Shown here piece after piece: positions 33,937-42,016 of a stretch of DNA of 42,016 nucleotides. Under the pieces are notes generated by a model. The model ran no database searches and was not told where the DNA came from. It saw nothing but the letters and a program-made list of their open reading frames with translations. The position numbers and the translations under genes are program-made. Origin of the DNA: Pleomorphomonadaceae bacterium (GTDB lineage Bacteria > Chloroflexota > Limnocylindria > QHBO01); NCBI GenBank assembly GCA_035514415.1, contig DATKBC010000009.1, positions 1-42,016 of the forward strand. The letters are read 5' to 3'. Each line of letters opens with the position of its first letter. Positions within the stretch are counted from its first letter, which is position 1.

Positions 33937-34392
33937 ATGATGGTGCGGCTGTTCGATTACACGGTCCCCGTGGCGGACCCGGCGGGAGGGATCCCGAACC
34001 TCCGGGACGCCCTGGCCGAACTCAATACGGCCGAACGCAAGACCCTCCTGACCAGCCTGTTCAAGCCCGAGCGGATGCCCGGATCCATGGAGCGCCTGAC
34101 CACCCTGGTGGTCGACGTGGACGCCAGCTTCGGGGACCTGCTGACCGTTCTCGACAACGGGTCCCGGGCCCGGACGTTCGTCGCCATCGACGAAGCTCGG
34201 CCGATCCTGGACCACTACCTCCCCCCGTCCGTTGTGGCCGGGATCCGCGAATGGGACGTCGCCCGCCTCCACGAGCCGTACGGGGACGGCACGTACCACG
34301 GGCGCCTCCTGAAGCGGGTCCGCAAGCAGCTCCGATCGGTCGGCAGCCGCGAGGCCCTCACCACGCCGTTCCTGTTCCGACGGGAGTGGTGA
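33937..34392 (+). CDS. hypothetical protein
   Basis: The ATG at 33937 is in frame with track ORF 33697-34392, whose upstream part is antisense to fabI. Composition is normal (LRDALAELNTAERKTLLTSLFKPERMPGSMERL). No family recognised. Confidence 0.45.
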   Translation: MMVRLFDYTVPVADPAGGIPNLRDALAELNTAERKTLLTSLFKPERMPGSMERLTTLVVDVDASFGDLLTVLDNGSRARTFVAIDEARPILDHYLPPSVVAGIREWDVARLHEPYGDGTYHGRLLKRVRKQLRSVGSREALTTPFLFRREW

Positions 34393-34396
34393 CGTC

Positions 34397-34531
34397 GTGA
34401 CACGACGTCGTGGCCGCGGGCGACCCTACCAGCCGCTGCCCAAGCGCCCGAATCGGACCTACGCCATCGCGGTGATCCTGATCGGCCTGATCCTGATCGT
34501 GGGTTTCGGGATCCTCAGCTCCGTCCGCTAG
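34397..34531 (+). CDS. possible 44-aa single-TM mini-protein (not in the ORF track)
   Basis: A GTG at 34397 gives VTRRRGRGRPYQPLPKRPNRTYAIAVILIGLILIVGFGILSSVR, ending at the TAG at 34529-34531. It has a basic N-terminus followed by one clean hydrophobic helix. Confidence 0.3.
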   Translation: MTRRRGRGRPYQPLPKRPNRTYAIAVILIGLILIVGFGILSSVR

Positions 34532-34544
34532 CCCGAATCTGCCG

Positions 34545-35777
34545 TCAGAGCGTTTCCTCGGCGACGTCGCGCAGGTACCAGAACAGCTTCCACAGCTCTG
34601 GGGCGGCGGCCACCAGGTCCCTGGTATCGGGCTGGACGTGGTTGAACAGCCGGAACTCGCCGAGCCGGACGTCGACGCCCGCAGCCTCCATGGCCGCCGC
34701 CAATTCGCGCGAGTTCGAGTACGGGATGTGCTGGTCGCCGGTGTCGTGCATCAGATACACGCGAGCCCGGATGCCGCTCACGTAACCGAGCGGGCTAATG
34801 CCGCCGAGAATCGTTCGCACGTCGGGCGGCGCCGCGGCGAGCGCGGACTCTGCCTCGGGCAGCGTGTCAGACAGCAGGATTGCTTCCGCGGCGAGTCCCT
34901 CGGCGGTGCGAAGCGGCAGGTCCGCGTCGGGCAAGGGGTGGACGTTCTGGTTGTTCAGCTCGTCGTATGCGCCATACAGGTAGCCATGGTCTCGTCCATC
35001 GGTGACACGCTCGGTTACCAGCCCGAACACGACCTGCCGCACCAGCAGGGTCGGCTCCCAGTCGATCAGCTCGCCGTCCAGCCGGTACTGGTGGCTGATC
35101 ACGCTGACCATGATCTCGCCGGCATCGGCGTATGCGCCGAAGGCACCTACCCAGTCGAGCTGGTCGGCGATCTGGGGATCGGCCGCCGCGATCAGCGACA
35201 GGCTGCCCCCCACCGAGATGCCCATGATCCCGATCCGATCTGGATCGACCTCCGGCCGGCGGGCCAGGGCCTGGAAGGCGGCCACGATGCGTCCCACCTC
35301 GCCGGCCTCCACGCGCACGTCGAAAAAGATGGGCAGCTCGGGGATGTACACCGCGGCGCCGGCGCGGGCGAGGGCTTCGGCGATCCGAGCCAGGGCCGGG
35401 TGGGCCCGCCCCTGATCGTTGATCCCCGACACGAAGATGATCGCCCCGACCGGGTGCTCCCCTGAAGCGGTGGCCGGCAGCCACAGGTCGGCGGGCAGCG
35501 ACGTACCGTCCGGGGAGCGATAGGTCACCAGGTGGTGGTGTGGAGCGGGCGCCAGGGCCAGGGGTTGCGGCCCCAGCTCGATCAGGGAAGGGATGAGAGC
35601 CAGGGTCTGGAGCGTGACCCGCGACGGTGGCCACGCGATCAACGCGACCAGGACCGCCACCAGTCCCACCCCGAGCCATCGCCAGCGGCGCCCGCGTCGG
35701 GGCGCAGGCGTATCGGCCTGGCTCAATCCAGGCGCAGAGGCTTGACCGTCATGACCTCGGCGACCCGCCCCTCCCAT
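34545..35777 (-). CDS. membrane-anchored alpha/beta hydrolase (dienelactone hydrolase / S9-like)
   Basis: N-terminal TM WRWLGVGLVAVLVALIAW, nucleophile elbow GISVGGS, late HD pair (LMHDTGDQHIP). The annotated start overlaps the upstream gene by 55 nt, so the true start may be internal. Confidence 0.7.
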   Translation of the reverse strand: MGGAGRRGHDGQASAPGLSQADTPAPRRGRRWRWLGVGLVAVLVALIAWPPSRVTLQTLALIPSLIELGPQPLALAPAPHHHLVTYRSPDGTSLPADLWLPATASGEHPVGAIIFVSGINDQGRAHPALARIAEALARAGAAVYIPELPIFFDVRVEAGEVGRIVAAFQALARRPEVDPDRIGIMGISVGGSLSLIAAADPQIADQLDWVGAFGAYADAGEIMVSVISHQYRLDGELIDWEPTLLVRQVVFGLVTERVTDGRDHGYLYGAYDELNNQNVHPLPDADLPLRTAEGLAAEAILLSDTLPEAESALAAAPPDVRTILGGISPLGYVSGIRARVYLMHDTGDQHIPYSNSRELAAAMEAAGVDVRLGEFRLFNHVQPDTRDLVAAAPELWKLFWYLRDVAEETL

Positions 35778-36166
35778 TCGTCGCGCGGGGCATCGCAGTA
35801 CAGCTCGATCTCGTTCCCATCGGGGTCGACGGTGTACAGGCTCTTGCTCACCCCGTGGTCGGACGCCCCGCGCAGGAGGCCGCGCTCGGTCAGTAGTCGA
35901 TGGGCCTTCTTGACCGCCTCGAGGTCGGCCAGCCGGATGGCGACGTGGTACAGGCCAACCGCCATGGGGACCGGGGAAGGAGCCTGGTCACCGACGCGCA
36001 CCAGCCCCAGGTCGTGGTGGTTCTCGCCGGTGGCAGTCAGGAAGACCATCACGTTGGTCATCTCGCCAGACACCTGGAATCCCAGCAGGTCGCGGTAGAA
36101 CGCCAACGACCGATCAAGGTCGCGGACCTTGAGCACGACGTGACCGACTCCCATCGGCTGCAGCAC
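35723..36166 (-). CDS. VOC (glyoxalase/bleomycin resistance/extradiol dioxygenase) family protein
   Basis: Blocks GVGHVVLKVRDLDRSLAFYRDLLGF, HHDLGL, LYHVAIR, SLYTVDPDGNEIELY. Confidence 0.8.
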   Translation of the reverse strand: MLQPMGVGHVVLKVRDLDRSLAFYRDLLGFQVSGEMTNVMVFLTATGENHHDLGLVRVGDQAPSPVPMAVGLYHVAIRLADLEAVKKAHRLLTERGLLRGASDHGVSKSLYTVDPDGNEIELYCDAPRDEWEGRVAEVMTVKPLRLD

Positions 36167-36176
36167 GGGACGGATG

Positions 36177-36812
36177 CTAGTCGAGATAGACGGTGACGTT
36201 CACGACCCCGTAGACCCAGCGATCCTTGTCGGTGATGGCCGCCCACGCGGCCGGCGACAGGTCGACCACCTTCTGACCGGCCTCGCCCCAATAGCAGGCG
36301 CAGGCGTCACCGACCGGTAGCAGCGCGCACCGCTCGGCGCACACGACGACCGAAAAGATCGCCGGGGGAGTTGTCCAGTGGCCGCCGAGCGCGATCGGAA
36401 GGGCCACTACGGCGGCGTCATCCCAGCCGCGCGTGCAGCAGTACCAGCTCGCCTTGCCGCTGATGGTGCGCCCTCCGCCCGGCTGGCTGACCACCTGGGC
36501 GGCCACCTGGGCGGCCACGCTGACGAGGGTCGGGGACGTGGCCACGCTGGGGGGCACCGCAACGCCATTCGGGTGAATCCGCTCCGCGCCAAGAGGGACG
36601 CTGTCGGACGCCGGGGCGAACGCCGCGAGCGTGCGCTGCGAGGTGGATCCGCGAGCAGAGATCAGTGACGCCGGCGAGGCCTCGACGGCGTCCAGCAGCT
36701 GCTGCGTGACGTGATCCGGTGGAGTGGCGGCCAAGGCCTGGGGGGCTAAGGCGGCAACGATGAGCGCAACAACGATGACGTGGACGGCTCCGCGTCGAAG
36801 AAGGTCCGGCAA
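36177..36812 (-). CDS. secreted RlpA-like double-psi beta-barrel protein, Cys-rich
   Basis: Signal-like VHVIVVALIVAALAPQALAA, a GKASWY motif and VVDLSPAAWAAI. Seven Cys residues lie in the barrel region. Confidence 0.55.
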   Translation of the reverse strand: MPDLLRRGAVHVIVVALIVAALAPQALAATPPDHVTQQLLDAVEASPASLISARGSTSQRTLAAFAPASDSVPLGAERIHPNGVAVPPSVATSPTLVSVAAQVAAQVVSQPGGGRTISGKASWYCCTRGWDDAAVVALPIALGGHWTTPPAIFSVVVCAERCALLPVGDACACYWGEAGQKVVDLSPAAWAAITDKDRWVYGVVNVTVYLD

Positions 36813-36976
36813 ATTGTCCCTCGGGCACGGTGACGGGATCCGGCTCGCCGCTGCCGGTCACATCGGGGCACCCGGGGGGCGCCGCGCGACGACGACGTCG
36901 AGCGGCACCGTACCATGATCAATGGCGCTTTGCCGGGCTTCCAGCCAGGACGAACGGCTCGCCAGCGAGGTGACGA

Positions 36977-37759
36977 ATGGCGAAGCAGGACCATCCGAGA
37001 CGCAGTGGGGCGCTGGTCATGCGGGGACCCGTGCGGCGCCCCACCGAGGACCAGGAGCTCCTTCAGCGACGGGTCAGCGCCGACTTCCAGGCCACCGATA
37101 CCTGGCGCTCGCTGCGCATCCTGGGGGAGTTCGTCGAGGGGTTCGACGCCCTCGCCGGGATCGGCCCCGCGGTCAGCATCTTCGGCTCGGCCCGGGTCCG
37201 CCGCAGCGACCGGCACTACCGGCTGGCTCGGCGGTTGGCCGCCCGCCTGGTCAAGGAGGGCTTCGCGGTCATCACCGGGGGCGGCCCAGGAATCATGGAG
37301 GCCGCCAACCGGGGCGCCCAGGAGGCCGGCGGCCTGTCCATCGGCTTGAACATCGAGCTTCCGTTCGAGCAGGACGCCAACCCCTACGTCGACCTGGGGA
37401 TCGAGTTCCGCTATTTCTTCGTGCGCAAGACGATGTTCGTGAAGTACGCGGAGGCGTTCGTCATCTTTCCCGGCGGCCTGGGCACCATGGATGAGCTGTT
37501 CGAGGCGCTGACGTTGATCCAGACCCACAAGATCGAGGACTTCCCGGTCGTCCTGATTGGGCGCGAGTACTGGCGCGGGCTCCTGGGCTGGTTGACCAAG
37601 ACGGTCCTGGAGGAACGCAAGATCAGCCCAGAAGACCTCAGCCTGGCCACCATCACCGACGACCTGGACGAAGTGGTGCGGGTGATCGTGGAACGCCACC
37701 AGACCCGCCAGAATCCGCTCGAGAATCGGCTCGGCGATGACCTCATCCGGGGAGGCTGA
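36977..37759 (+). CDS. LOG family / TIGR00730 Rossmann-fold nucleotide-binding protein
   Basis: Blocks VSIFGSAR, VITGGGPGIMEAANRGA, PGGLGTMDELFEALTLIQT. Confidence 0.85.
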   Translation: MAKQDHPRRSGALVMRGPVRRPTEDQELLQRRVSADFQATDTWRSLRILGEFVEGFDALAGIGPAVSIFGSARVRRSDRHYRLARRLAARLVKEGFAVITGGGPGIMEAANRGAQEAGGLSIGLNIELPFEQDANPYVDLGIEFRYFFVRKTMFVKYAEAFVIFPGGLGTMDELFEALTLIQTHKIEDFPVVLIGREYWRGLLGWLTKTVLEERKISPEDLSLATITDDLDEVVRVIVERHQTRQNPLENRLGDDLIRGG

Positions 37760-37783
37760 GTCAGGAGACGGCGCTACGCTCAA

Positions 37784-37860
37784 TGGCGGGCCCGACCGGA
37801 TTCGAACCGGCGATCTCCAGCGTGACAGGCTGGCATGTTGGGCCGCTACACCACGGGCCC
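37784..37860 (-). tRNA. tRNA-Asp: tRNA-Asp (anticodon GTC), CCA encoded
   Basis: The reverse complement is GGGCCCGTGGTGTAGCGGCCCAACATGCCAGCCTGTCACGCTGGAGATCGCCGGTTCGAATCCGGTCGGGCCCGCCA. It folds as a 77-nt cloverleaf: 7-bp acceptor, anticodon stem CCAGC/GCTGG with loop CTGTCAC, and T-loop TTCGAAT. Confidence 0.93.
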
Positions 37861-37876
37861 GCAGCGGCGGGGGCGG

Positions 37877-37885
37877 AGTATACCA
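37877..37885 (-). promoter_or_regulatory. extended -10-like element TGGTATACT upstream of tRNA-Asp
   Basis: The reverse complement of 37877-37885 reads TGGTATACT. It ends 16 nt before the mature tRNA 5' end. Confidence 0.35.
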
Positions 37886-37903
37886 AGCCCCTTCCGGGCA
37901 CCC

Positions 37904-38419
37904 TCAGCCGCGGGCGACCTCGAGGTCGCGGCGCCCAGCGGCGGCCAACGCGGCGATCGCCCCGTACAGGGCGGCGACCCCGCCGAGCCCGATGGCGCCA
38001 ACCGTGAGCAGGGTCGCGGCCTGGGGCTGTGCCGATCGCGCCGCGATCATGAAGATGGCAGTGGCTCCGGTGGTGAACGCCACGAACAGGCCCCCCATGA
38101 CGGCGGCCGCGTAGGACCACCGCGCCCCGCGGCGGAGGCCGGCCGCCGTGGCCAGCTGCCCGAGCCCGAGGAGCGCAAAGCCGGCGGCAAGGGCGAACGC
38201 GGCGCGCTGGACGGTGGCTGCGGTCAGGAAGTCGGCTGGCAGTCCGGCCAGGGTCTCGGCATCGATCTCGGCCAGGAGTCGGGCCAACAGGCGCTCGGCG
38301 ATGTCCTCAGCCGCAACGACGCCGGCGACGGCGCAGGCCACGGCAGCGGCGAAGAGTGGCCCCGACAGGAGAAACAGGAAACGGGACGCCAGCAGCAGGC
38401 GGCGGGGCAGGAGATCCAC
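37904..38419 (-). CDS. small polytopic membrane protein
   Basis: Four hydrophobic segments. Shares AGFAL-x-LG and GxR blocks with the gene immediately upstream. Confidence 0.5.
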   Translation of the reverse strand: MDLLPRRLLLASRFLFLLSGPLFAAAVACAVAGVVAAEDIAERLLARLLAEIDAETLAGLPADFLTAATVQRAAFALAAGFALLGLGQLATAAGLRRGARWSYAAAVMGGLFVAFTTGATAIFMIAARSAQPQAATLLTVGAIGLGGVAALYGAIAALAAAGRRDLEVARG

Positions 38420-38430
38420 CGCCCCGGCCG

Positions 38431-38901
38431 TCAGCGGCGCGGGCGGAGCAACAGCAGGCCGGAGCCCCCCAGCCCAAGGCCCGCGCCAAGCAATGACAGG
38501 GCCAGGATGAGGTCGGAGGGGCCTCGGACGATGATCCAGACTGCCCCCGCCAGCGCGGCCAGGGCCGCCGCCACGGCCAGGATCGCGGTCGGGATCCGGG
38601 CTCGCTGACTCCCGGCCAGCATTCCGAGCGCCCCGCCAGCCAGCGCCACCCCGAGGACGAACAGGGCAAAGCCGGCGGTGACCTGGCCCGCTCCCAACGC
38701 GTTGGCATTGGGGGGGAGGTTGGCGGGGTCGTAGCCACTCGATGCGGTCAGCCCGGCGACCACGATCCCAACCCCGGCGATGAACACGGCAACTCCGAGC
38801 ACCGCCACAGCCAGGGCGGCGCCGGCACGTGCCTCACCCAGGTGAGCAGGAGCCAGCGAATGGGGTCGACCTGCCGAATCAGGGCCGGCGCCGGTCGTCA
38901 T
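38431..38901 (-). CDS. small polytopic membrane protein (paralog of 37904-38419)
   Basis: The ATG at 38901 has GGAGG 8 nt upstream. The upstream part of track ORF 38431-39066 is discarded. Confidence 0.55.
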   Translation of the reverse strand: MTTGAGPDSAGRPHSLAPAHLGEARAGAALAVAVLGVAVFIAGVGIVVAGLTASSGYDPANLPPNANALGAGQVTAGFALFVLGVALAGGALGMLAGSQRARIPTAILAVAAALAALAGAVWIIVRGPSDLILALSLLGAGLGLGGSGLLLLRPRR

Positions 38902-38980
38902 CGAGCGGTCCTCCGGGGAGCGGCGCGCATTGTAGGCGACAGCCGACCCCGGGGCCAGCCCGCCTATACTCGGCCCCGGT

Positions 38981-40015
38981 ATGGCGTTCGAGATGCCAGT
39001 CGAGCCTCGCGAAGCGCGCCGCGCACGCATGGTGGGCTGGGCCACGTTCCTCCTGGTAGCGGTCATGATCGGGCTACTGGCCTACCTCGGCTACGCCGCC
39101 TTCGAGGGATCGGATCAGCTCGTCCATCCCGACCACAGCCGAGTTTGTCGCCTCCCGTCCGCCCTGGGGTGGGAGTACCAGGCCATCAACTACGATCAGG
39201 CCTCCGACGCGGCGCTGGCCGCGGAGGCCGATCCGCTCGCTTGCGCCTCGGTCGGCGAGCCGGCGGGCACCGATCTGATGGCCGCCGATGGCACTCGCCT
39301 GGCCGGCTGGTACATCCCAGCCGCCGCTCCGATTGGCGCGCAGGGCCCGACGGTGGTGCTGGTCCACGGCCACGGGACGAACAAGAACGGCATTCTCCCG
39401 TGGGCCGAAGTGCTCCACGCGGACTACAACCTGGTCCTGTTCGACCAGCGCAACCATGGGCAGAGCTTTGGTACCGAGACCACGGTGGGTGTGCGCGAGC
39501 GCACGGACCTCGAGGCGGTGGTCGCGTGGCTCCGCACCACGCATGCGCCGACCAATGTTGCGGTTCTGGGGAACAGCATGGGCGCGATCACGGCCACCAA
39601 CGCCGTCGCGTTGGGCCTCCCGGTGCAGGCCCTGGTCCTGGACTCCTCTCCGTTGAGCGTGGCCAGCTCGGCCCAGCGCCGGATCGAGAGCCAGAACTTT
39701 CCGCTGGCCCTCCCCGCCTCGTGGGCGGTCGTCCTGGGTGCGCTGTTCCGGACCGGTGTGGACGTGACCGCGGCCGATCCAATCATCAACATCGACGATG
39801 TCGGGAGCGTCCCGGTCCTCATCCTCCAGGGCGATGCCGACCTGGCCATCGACCCCACCAGCGCCGATCAGCTGGCGGCGGCGGCCACGGAGGCTGGCGT
39901 TCGGGCGGAGGTTCACATCTGCGCCGGCGCCGGGCACTCCCGGTTGCTCGAGGTGTGCCCGGATGACTACCGCGCCTGGGTGCTAGGCTTCCTCGCCCAA
40001 ACGCTGAGCCCCTGA
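38981..40015 (+). CDS. membrane-anchored alpha/beta hydrolase
   Basis: N-terminal TM WATFLLVAVMIGLLAYLGYAAF, HG box VVLVHGHG, nucleophile elbow GNSMGA, late Asp/His (LQGDAD, GAGHS). Confidence 0.8.
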   Translation: MAFEMPVEPREARRARMVGWATFLLVAVMIGLLAYLGYAAFEGSDQLVHPDHSRVCRLPSALGWEYQAINYDQASDAALAAEADPLACASVGEPAGTDLMAADGTRLAGWYIPAAAPIGAQGPTVVLVHGHGTNKNGILPWAEVLHADYNLVLFDQRNHGQSFGTETTVGVRERTDLEAVVAWLRTTHAPTNVAVLGNSMGAITATNAVALGLPVQALVLDSSPLSVASSAQRRIESQNFPLALPASWAVVLGALFRTGVDVTAADPIINIDDVGSVPVLILQGDADLAIDPTSADQLAAAATEAGVRAEVHICAGAGHSRLLEVCPDDYRAWVLGFLAQTLSP

Positions 40016-40056
40016 CGACGATGAGCCGCTGAGCCTGATGAGGCCGTTTTAGACCG

Positions 40057-41700
40057 ATGACCACCATCGCCCGACCGGATGCGACCCTGAGCGTCGACGA
40101 CACCCGGTTCGACGAGGCAATCGAGCGCTGGTTCCGGCAGCGCCTGGAGCTTCAGCCGGAGTGGGCGACCTACCTCGGGATCCACGAGCATGACCACCGC
40201 CTTTCGCCCGGGGGCCGTGACGGGATCGAGCAGGACATCGCCTTCACCAACGCCGCCGTGGCGGCCATGGAGACCTTCGACGCGGCCACGCTGTCCCCGA
40301 ACCGCGCCCTGGACCGCAACCTCGTCCTCCACGAGGCACGTTTGAACCTGTTCGAGCTGACACAGCGGCGCTCCTGGCAGGGGCGATCCGATGCCGCCGA
40401 GGCCATCGGCGGCGCCCTCTTCCCGCTCTTCACCCGCGACTTCGCGCCCCTGGCCGATCGCCTGGAGAGCATCGCCGCCCGCCTGGAGGCCGCTCCCCGT
40501 TTCCTGGCCGAGACCCACGACCGCGTGGATCGACCGGTGGAGCTGTGGACGGAGATCGACCTTCAGTCCGGAGAGAGCCTGCCCTCGTTCCTGGACACCA
40601 TCCTGGACGCGGCGCGCACCCAAGACACGCCGACGGCGATCGTCAGCCGCCTGGAGCATGCCATCGCGTCGGCGGTCAGCGCCCTCGAGGCCCACCAGGC
40701 ATGGCTCCGCGACGACGTCCTGCCGCGGGCAACCGCCGACTGGGTCACCGGCCCCGAGCTGTTCGCCGAGCTGGTCCGCCTCCGCGCCCTGGAGGCCACC
40801 GGCGACGAGATCCTGGAGGTGGGCGAGCACATGCTCGCCGAGTCCCACGCCCAGCGGGACGCGGTGTGCGCCGAGATCGACGCCAGCCTGACCCCGGCCC
40901 AGGTCGCCGACCAGGTCAAGGGCGACTACCCCGCCACCTTCACCGAAGCGCTGGACGAGTACCGGCGGGCCATGGATCGGGCCCGCGCCTTCGTGGTCGA
41001 GCACGATCTCGCCACCCTTCCCCCCAACGACACCCTGGTCGTGATCGAGACCCCCAGCTTCATCCGGCACCTGGTTCCGTTCGCCGCCTACTTCGAACCC
41101 GCTCGCTTCGACCCCATCCCGCAGGGCACCTACATCGTCACACCGCCGGAGACGCCGGAGATGATGCGGGAGCACAACTACGCCTCCATCTCCAACACAT
41201 CGGTCCACGAGGCCTACCCGGGTCATCACCAGCAGCTATCGGCAGCCATCACCAACCCGAGCCTGGTGCGCCTCTTCTCCGGCTCCCCCGAGTTCGCGGA
41301 GGGGTGGGCCTTCTACACCGAGCGGATGATGAAGGAGGCCGGCTTCGACGACACGCCCACCCACCGGTACATCCAGCTCACGGACGTCATCTGGCGCGCC
41401 ACCCGGATCGTCCTCGACGTCCGGCTGCACCGCGGCGAGATCGGCTTCGAGGAGGCGGTCGAGCGGCTGGTGGCTGAAACCGGGTTCGAGCATCCCGCCG
41501 CCCTGGCCGAGGTCAAGCGCTACACCAGCACCCCCACCTACCAGCTGTCGTACCTCTACGGACGGCACATGATCGAGACCCTGCGCCGCGACGTCGAACG
41601 CCGGCAGGGCCCCGATTTCAGCCTGAAGGGCTTCCACGACACCCTTCTCTATGGCGGCACGATGCCCGTCTCCTACGCGCGGCGCCTGTTCGACCTTTGA
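40057..41700 (+). CDS. DUF885 family protein (putative metallopeptidase-like)
   Basis: 547 aa containing the characteristic HEAYPGHHQQ block and EGWAFYTERMM. Confidence 0.8.
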   Translation: MTTIARPDATLSVDDTRFDEAIERWFRQRLELQPEWATYLGIHEHDHRLSPGGRDGIEQDIAFTNAAVAAMETFDAATLSPNRALDRNLVLHEARLNLFELTQRRSWQGRSDAAEAIGGALFPLFTRDFAPLADRLESIAARLEAAPRFLAETHDRVDRPVELWTEIDLQSGESLPSFLDTILDAARTQDTPTAIVSRLEHAIASAVSALEAHQAWLRDDVLPRATADWVTGPELFAELVRLRALEATGDEILEVGEHMLAESHAQRDAVCAEIDASLTPAQVADQVKGDYPATFTEALDEYRRAMDRARAFVVEHDLATLPPNDTLVVIETPSFIRHLVPFAAYFEPARFDPIPQGTYIVTPPETPEMMREHNYASISNTSVHEAYPGHHQQLSAAITNPSLVRLFSGSPEFAEGWAFYTERMMKEAGFDDTPTHRYIQLTDVIWRATRIVLDVRLHRGEIGFEEAVERLVAETGFEHPAALAEVKRYTSTPTYQLSYLYGRHMIETLRRDVERRQGPDFSLKGFHDTLLYGGTMPVSYARRLFDL

Positions 41701-42016
41701 TGCGACCGATGCGCGCCGTCCGGCGCGGGATGCGAGCCGGTTCGGCGGCACTGCTGGGGTTCGCGGTTGCCTGCCAGGGCGTGATCCCCGGCGTGGAGCC
41801 AACCGCGTGCCCGACGGCCGCGCCGACCGCGACCGAAGCGGCCGACATCCTGGCCGACACCGCCGATACCGCGAGCTTCGACACGACCCTGGGCAGCTTC
41901 ACTGTGGAGCTCTATGGCGACGTGGCGCCCATCGCCACGGCCAACTTCGTGGCCCTGGCCCGTTGCGGCTTCTATGAGGGCCTTACCTTCCACCGCGTCC
42001 TGGCCGGCCCGCCACC
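41700..42016 (+). CDS. cyclophilin-type peptidyl-prolyl isomerase with lipoprotein signal (3' truncated by the window edge; not in the ORF track)
   Basis: The ATG at 41700 overlaps the DUF885 stop (TGATG). Translation reads MRPMRAVRRGMRAGSAALLGFAVACQG...FDTTLGSFTVELYGDVAPIATANFVALARCGFYEGLTFHRV, the classic cyclophilin N-terminal core. Confidence 0.8.
   Translation, partial: MRPMRAVRRGMRAGSAALLGFAVACQGVIPGVEPTACPTAAPTATEAADILADTADTASFDTTLGSFTVELYGDVAPIATANFVALARCGFYEGLTFHRVLAGPP

Noticed and set aside
33126-34400. 424-aa plus-strand ORF antisense to fabI.
   Set aside because: Shadow ORF with Gly/Arg/Pro/His-rich composition; the fabI motifs lie on the minus strand.
37784-37860. tRNA-Asp as a possible genomic-island integration site.
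   Set aside because: I saw no integrase and no direct repeat of the tRNA 3' end. The flanking genes (LOG-family, small membrane proteins, hydrolases) look like ordinary chromosomal content.
39967-41229. 420-aa minus-strand ORF antisense to the DUF885 gene.
   Set aside because: Shadow ORF with Gly/Arg/Asp/Val-rich composition; the plus strand carries the HEAYPGHH signature.

Overview
Very GC-rich chromosomal segment whose gene content and style suggest an actinobacterial or Chloroflexota-like genome. It is densely packed with about 47 protein genes and one tRNA-Asp. I found no transposase, integrase, CRISPR array or rRNA.

Reading left to right, the recognisable blocks are:
- a leucine-catabolism cluster (methylcrotonyl-CoA carboxylase beta and alpha subunits, enoyl-CoA hydratase, HMG-CoA lyase)
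- a nucleoside hydrolase followed by a four-gene ECF-type transporter
- a NUDIX CoA pyrophosphatase, an inositol monophosphatase and a nucleoside phosphorylase
- 4-hydroxyphenylpyruvate dioxygenase and, 11 kb further on, homogentisate dioxygenase
- a threonine dehydratase
- a signalling-rich stretch (class III cyclase-ATPase, Ser/Thr kinase with beta-propeller, HDAC-family deacetylase, MFS transporter fused to a cNMP-binding domain, Crp/Fnr regulator, GAF protein, signal-less S8 protease)
- SixA, a cupin, an MDR dehydrogenase, FabF, FabI, hydrolases, a LOG-family protein, DUF885 and a truncated cyclophilin at the right edge.

The observations most worth follow-up are:
1. A small, highly charged protein (26435-26839) built from about 3.5 in-frame 87-bp tandem repeats. 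It lies between a Crp-family gene and a GAF + intracellular subtilase pair, and a Crp-like palindrome sits upstream of it.
2. Three paralogous four-cysteine lipoproteins with no family I recognise, scattered among housekeeping genes at 13.1-17.8 kb.
3. An excisionase-type HTH fused in frame to the N-terminus of the biotin-carboxylase (MccA) subunit.
4. An unusually large ECF S-like component apparently co-transcribed with a nucleoside hydrolase.
5. A recurring leaderless-promoter layout, with a -10-like hexamer 6-11 nt before the start codon.

Many long ORFs in the supplied track are antisense or alternate-frame shadows typical of high-GC DNA, and I rejected them. All functional calls rest on motif recognition by eye; no searches were run.
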